This document shows positions 60,526-64,000 of a stretch of DNA of 64,000 nt, piece after piece. The stretch lies in NCBI GenBank assembly GCA_050575255.1, contig JBNZDD010013635.1:1008910-1072909 (forward strand), given 5' to 3'. Made by a program: the position numbers and the translations under genes. This stretch comes from Harriotta raleighana. Lineage: Eukaryota. Position 1 is the stretch's first letter. Each line of letters starts with the position of its first letter. The notes below the pieces were generated by a model that saw nothing but the letters and a program-made list of their open reading frames with translations, was not told the DNA's origin and did not search any database.

Positions 60526-62467
60526 TTTATTATTTATATATTTTGCGTCTAGTTTGCTGCCCATGCACAAATCATAAATTGGAGCAGAATATTGTACAAC
60601 TAAACTTGTAGAAGTCTGGTGATATCAAAGTTATATATTGGATCATCATCAAATCAGCCAAACACTAACTCCAATGTAAGATCTGAATTTATGGTGAATG
60701 ATAACCTACACAATTGGTTTTTCTTTAATTAAAAAGTACTTTTTAAATCTATTTCAGTTGCAAATAATCAGAATTGTTTGCAAAAAGTCTAGGAGCTCAA
60801 GATGCCTGTAACAGAAGGAGGCATGAGTGGGCTTAATGCTTTATCTCATTTGTAGTCAGAAGATGCACAGAATCCACAAGTACGATAAGAAGTGCTAAAC
60901 AAAGATAATTAGACTTTCCTGGAGAGAGGCCAGATGGAGAAGATGTTAATCAGCCTCCATAGGAAGTTGTGTTTCTATAAATTATGCATTATTATGGGAC
61001 GATTTGTAGCCTTTACTGTTGAAAGTGTTCAACTGCATCTTTAAGGTGAAAGAAAATTTTCAGAGTTTACCGGAGCCAATTTTTCCCAGAAGCCCCTTAT
61101 TCTTAGATTCTCAAGACATTTTACTTTGCAATACGCAACATTCTGTGTATATAAAATTTAATCTGTGCTCCGATTGGCAGGACGATGTTGCCAAGTTGTA
61201 AGCCATCAAAGGACCTGAGTAGCAGGGTTAATTGTGAGAGCTTTAAACCCAGTAACATTTGATTGTTGAACTGGATGATTAAGACCAATTATTGAAGACT
61301 AGAGTAGGAAACTACAGAACTCGAATGCTATAGTTTCAGTTCTTCCTTCATTGTCATGTGTGAGGTGTGTTTTTAGCCTACTATCAGGTGATCAAAAGCA
61401 GACCTTAATGCATTCTTACCCCACCCAAACTCTGGGTTATGTCTTTTCTGTGATCAAACAAATAGACTACACCTAAGGTCCTATTAGTGGTGTTATTCTG
61501 TTCATGAGGGATGTCAGTGAATGGCACAGTGATGACTTTTCCCTCTGTTTTTCTCTTTAACTGTGAGAAGGTGTCAGATCTCCATTGGGTTCCTCCGCAT
61601 GGGAACACAGAGCAGTGGGCGATGAGACCGACAACCCACCACAGTTTGGTGTTAAGCTTTCTTTCTAATTATATTCAGCTTTCTTGATTTCTATTTTTGT
61701 TTTCAATGGCATATACAGATCACAGTTATATTTGCCCATCACCTACCAGGAGGTCGGAATCCAGTGTCAAGGATTACAAAACGAGGATGGTTAAAACACT
61801 GAGAATTATTTTGCACAAGTAGAGTATCTGTATTTATTATCTAAATATATTACCTCACCGTATGCTAAACCCATAATGATAGAAAATGGTCAAAGTGTGG
61901 ATATTTATCCAGGATCCTAACTTGGTTTGAATCTGATCCTTCCAGTTTTAGTTTGGTGTTGCAGAAAGTTAAAGCTGTTTCCACTGACGGTTCTGTTTAA
62001 ATGATGTCATCCACAGTGGAGCATCTGAATACTATTTTCTACTCTCAGCATATTCTTGCTCCCTGGGGTCTGATTAATGAGTATATTGCATTAAGCGTCA
62101 AAGTTGGCTACATCTTGATAATTAGTCAATCGAATATGTGAAGGGGACAAAGTACTTTAAAGTGAGCTAGTAAACCAGCGTATTAATATTCAATACCTAG
62201 TTTGCTGCAGAGAGGGCATCTACAGCAGTTTATTTTTATCCTCTACTTGTGGAGGCAGCACTACCTACATACAGTGGCAGTCCCTGTTCAGCTAGGTTTA
62301 GAAGCAGAGCTCAAAATGACTTGATGTCCTAAAACCTGATTTGTACTGCACCAAGTATAAATTTACCTTGGAAAGTGCATTGAGTTGACATTAAAAGTGC
62401 AGCATAAATGGGAACACAAAAGCCTTCTTACTGCATCACAGTAATATTCCCAAGTCTTACACACCGC

Positions 62468-62537
62468 ATTCAGCAACTTGGGACGTCCTCCTGACGTGAA
62501 AGGCGCTATACAAGTGTAATTTTGTTGTTGTTGTTGC
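62468..62537 (+). mobile_element. Short L2-tail fragment
   Basis: ATTCAGCAACTTGGGACGTCCTCCTGACGTGAAAGGCGCTATACAAGTGTAATTTT(GTT)n. Confidence 0.85.
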
Positions 62538-63454
62538 TCAGTAGACACTTATCTAAATTTTGCAAATAAGATTGTGCTTCAAATTTACATCTGCTGAAAG
62601 TAACGTTGAGACCACTGAGCTCTCAATAATGTCTCGTTATTATTGGATTCAAATTTAGCTCCTCACAATCAGAAATTTCCCACATGTCAAATTCAGGTCT
62701 GCATCACAGATGTGAATTTTAAATCAAGCCACAAATGATGGAGCGGGGAAATGATGAAATGACAAATTCTTCTGTTGCTCTGGCACATGCTCAATCCAAC
62801 AGATGGCAGAAACTGTATGGTCAACCTTAAGTTATGTCCATAAGGATCTGCGCTCTATACCCTACAGGAGATATTATTGTGGTCCATTTCTTATGTCCAA
62901 CTGCTGTGCTAAATTGTGTTAGTTTTACGATGAGTGCCAGTAACTAATCCTTAATTCTAAAGCTTGTAAAAGTGAAGAGTTATTCACAGATGATTGGCAC
63001 TTCAAACTGTGCTTATAGAATTGACATCCTGATGATGATGGTCATTTGCCACACGTTTAATGTGCTCACTGTGCTGGTCTGTGAGCTGTGTAATGATACA
63101 TCATTGAGTTTTAAATTTCATACCAGTACAATTTAGTTGCATCTGGGCATAATAAAAGCAGAAAGTATTTCTAACCCACAACCACTTCAGTCAACGGCAA
63201 GGCCTGTGGTGCACATTTTCTTCTCTAATATTCTTTTGTTATTACTTAGACAAGGTTTGCATAATAACGTCAATTCAATGGAGGAACCAGCGAGTCTAAA
63301 TGTGAATCTTATGCCAGTTTCGACTGCTATTTTCTCGATCACTTCCAGCAGTGGTTATTTTGGAACGAGTGCCAGGATTTATATTTCTCACTTCTTAATT
63401 GCTGCAAGTAACTAAGTGTATACAGGCATGCATTTAAGAACTAAGTGCATACTC

Positions 63455-63682
63455 AGTTTCACTCCTTTCTCTTTTCAAATGCTGCCATGTTACCTTTAAC
63501 ATCTGAACAGGCAGACAACATCTTGGTTCAGCATCACATCTGAAGGATGGCACTTCTGACAATGCAACACTCCCTCAGAAATGCATTAGAGTATCCGCTT
63601 AGATGACAAATCCCAAAGTGAGATTTGAAGCGAGATTCTTGCAACTCAGAGGTGTGAAGCTACCACTGAGCTAGGCTGATAT
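63455..63682 (-). mobile_element. Old DeuSINE-like element (head and Deu domain)
   Basis: TTTCAAATGCTGCCATG...CAGGCAGAC...ATCTGAAGGATGGCACTTCTGACAATGCAACACTCCCTCAG...ACTCAGAGGTG...CTACCACTGAGCTAGGCTGA. Confidence 0.7.
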
Positions 63683-64000
63683 GTGCCTTTCAGAGTTAAA
63701 TTGCCATGATTTTTTGTTACAGTGATCCAAACTAGATATCTTGTCCTCTTGTTGCACTTGAACCTGGAGAGAGAGCTGTGCCAGTAAAGCAGGATCATTG
63801 AGGAATGGATTGTAAGCGGGGGGGGAAATTTTCTGAATGGAATGTTCTCTTGCATGTAGTCAAACCACTAGGAGCACTATGTGACTACATTGTCCTGTTC
63901 TGCTGATTTGAGTAAGATGGGGGAAACAAAAGAGGCAGAAAATGAGGGGAAATAATTGGTGAGAAAGGTTGAGTTAACGTTGCGATCCAAGATTGCCAGT

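Noticed and set aside
57397-64000. Next Eph exon (juxtamembrane) or kinase exons
   Set aside because: I saw no phase-2 exon with an RCGYxKA-like sequence or kinase motifs. It is probably beyond the window, though a short exon could be missed by eye.

Overview
AT-rich vertebrate genomic DNA. The repeat content (CR1 LINEs with TTCTATGA tails, L2, Deu-domain SINEs) points to a cartilaginous fish, possibly a chimaera such as Callorhinchus; this is inference. The whole window appears to lie inside one + strand EphA receptor tyrosine kinase gene. About 38 kb of a very long intron (presumed intron 3) is followed by five coding exons: 38244-38399 Cys-rich/EGF-like, 49148-49483 FN3-1, 53763-53875 and 54577-54739 FN3-2, 57288-57396 transmembrane. 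All are bounded by AG/GT with consistent phases. From memory, the spliced peptide resembles zebrafish Ek1/Zek1 more than mammalian EphA3-A8. The rest is intron: CR1 and L2 fragments, several tRNA-derived SINE families, two inverted copies of a Tigger/pogo-like MITE with 17-bp TIRs and TA target duplications, microsatellites and some enhancer-like unique blocks. I found no convincing new biological system. The best leads are the ek1-type paralog with a shifted exon-6 acceptor, the MITE family, nested insertions that order the repeat families, inverted repeats bracketing exons, and an RFX/SOX/NF-Y motif cluster. Repeat boundaries were read by eye and are approximate unless TSDs are stated.
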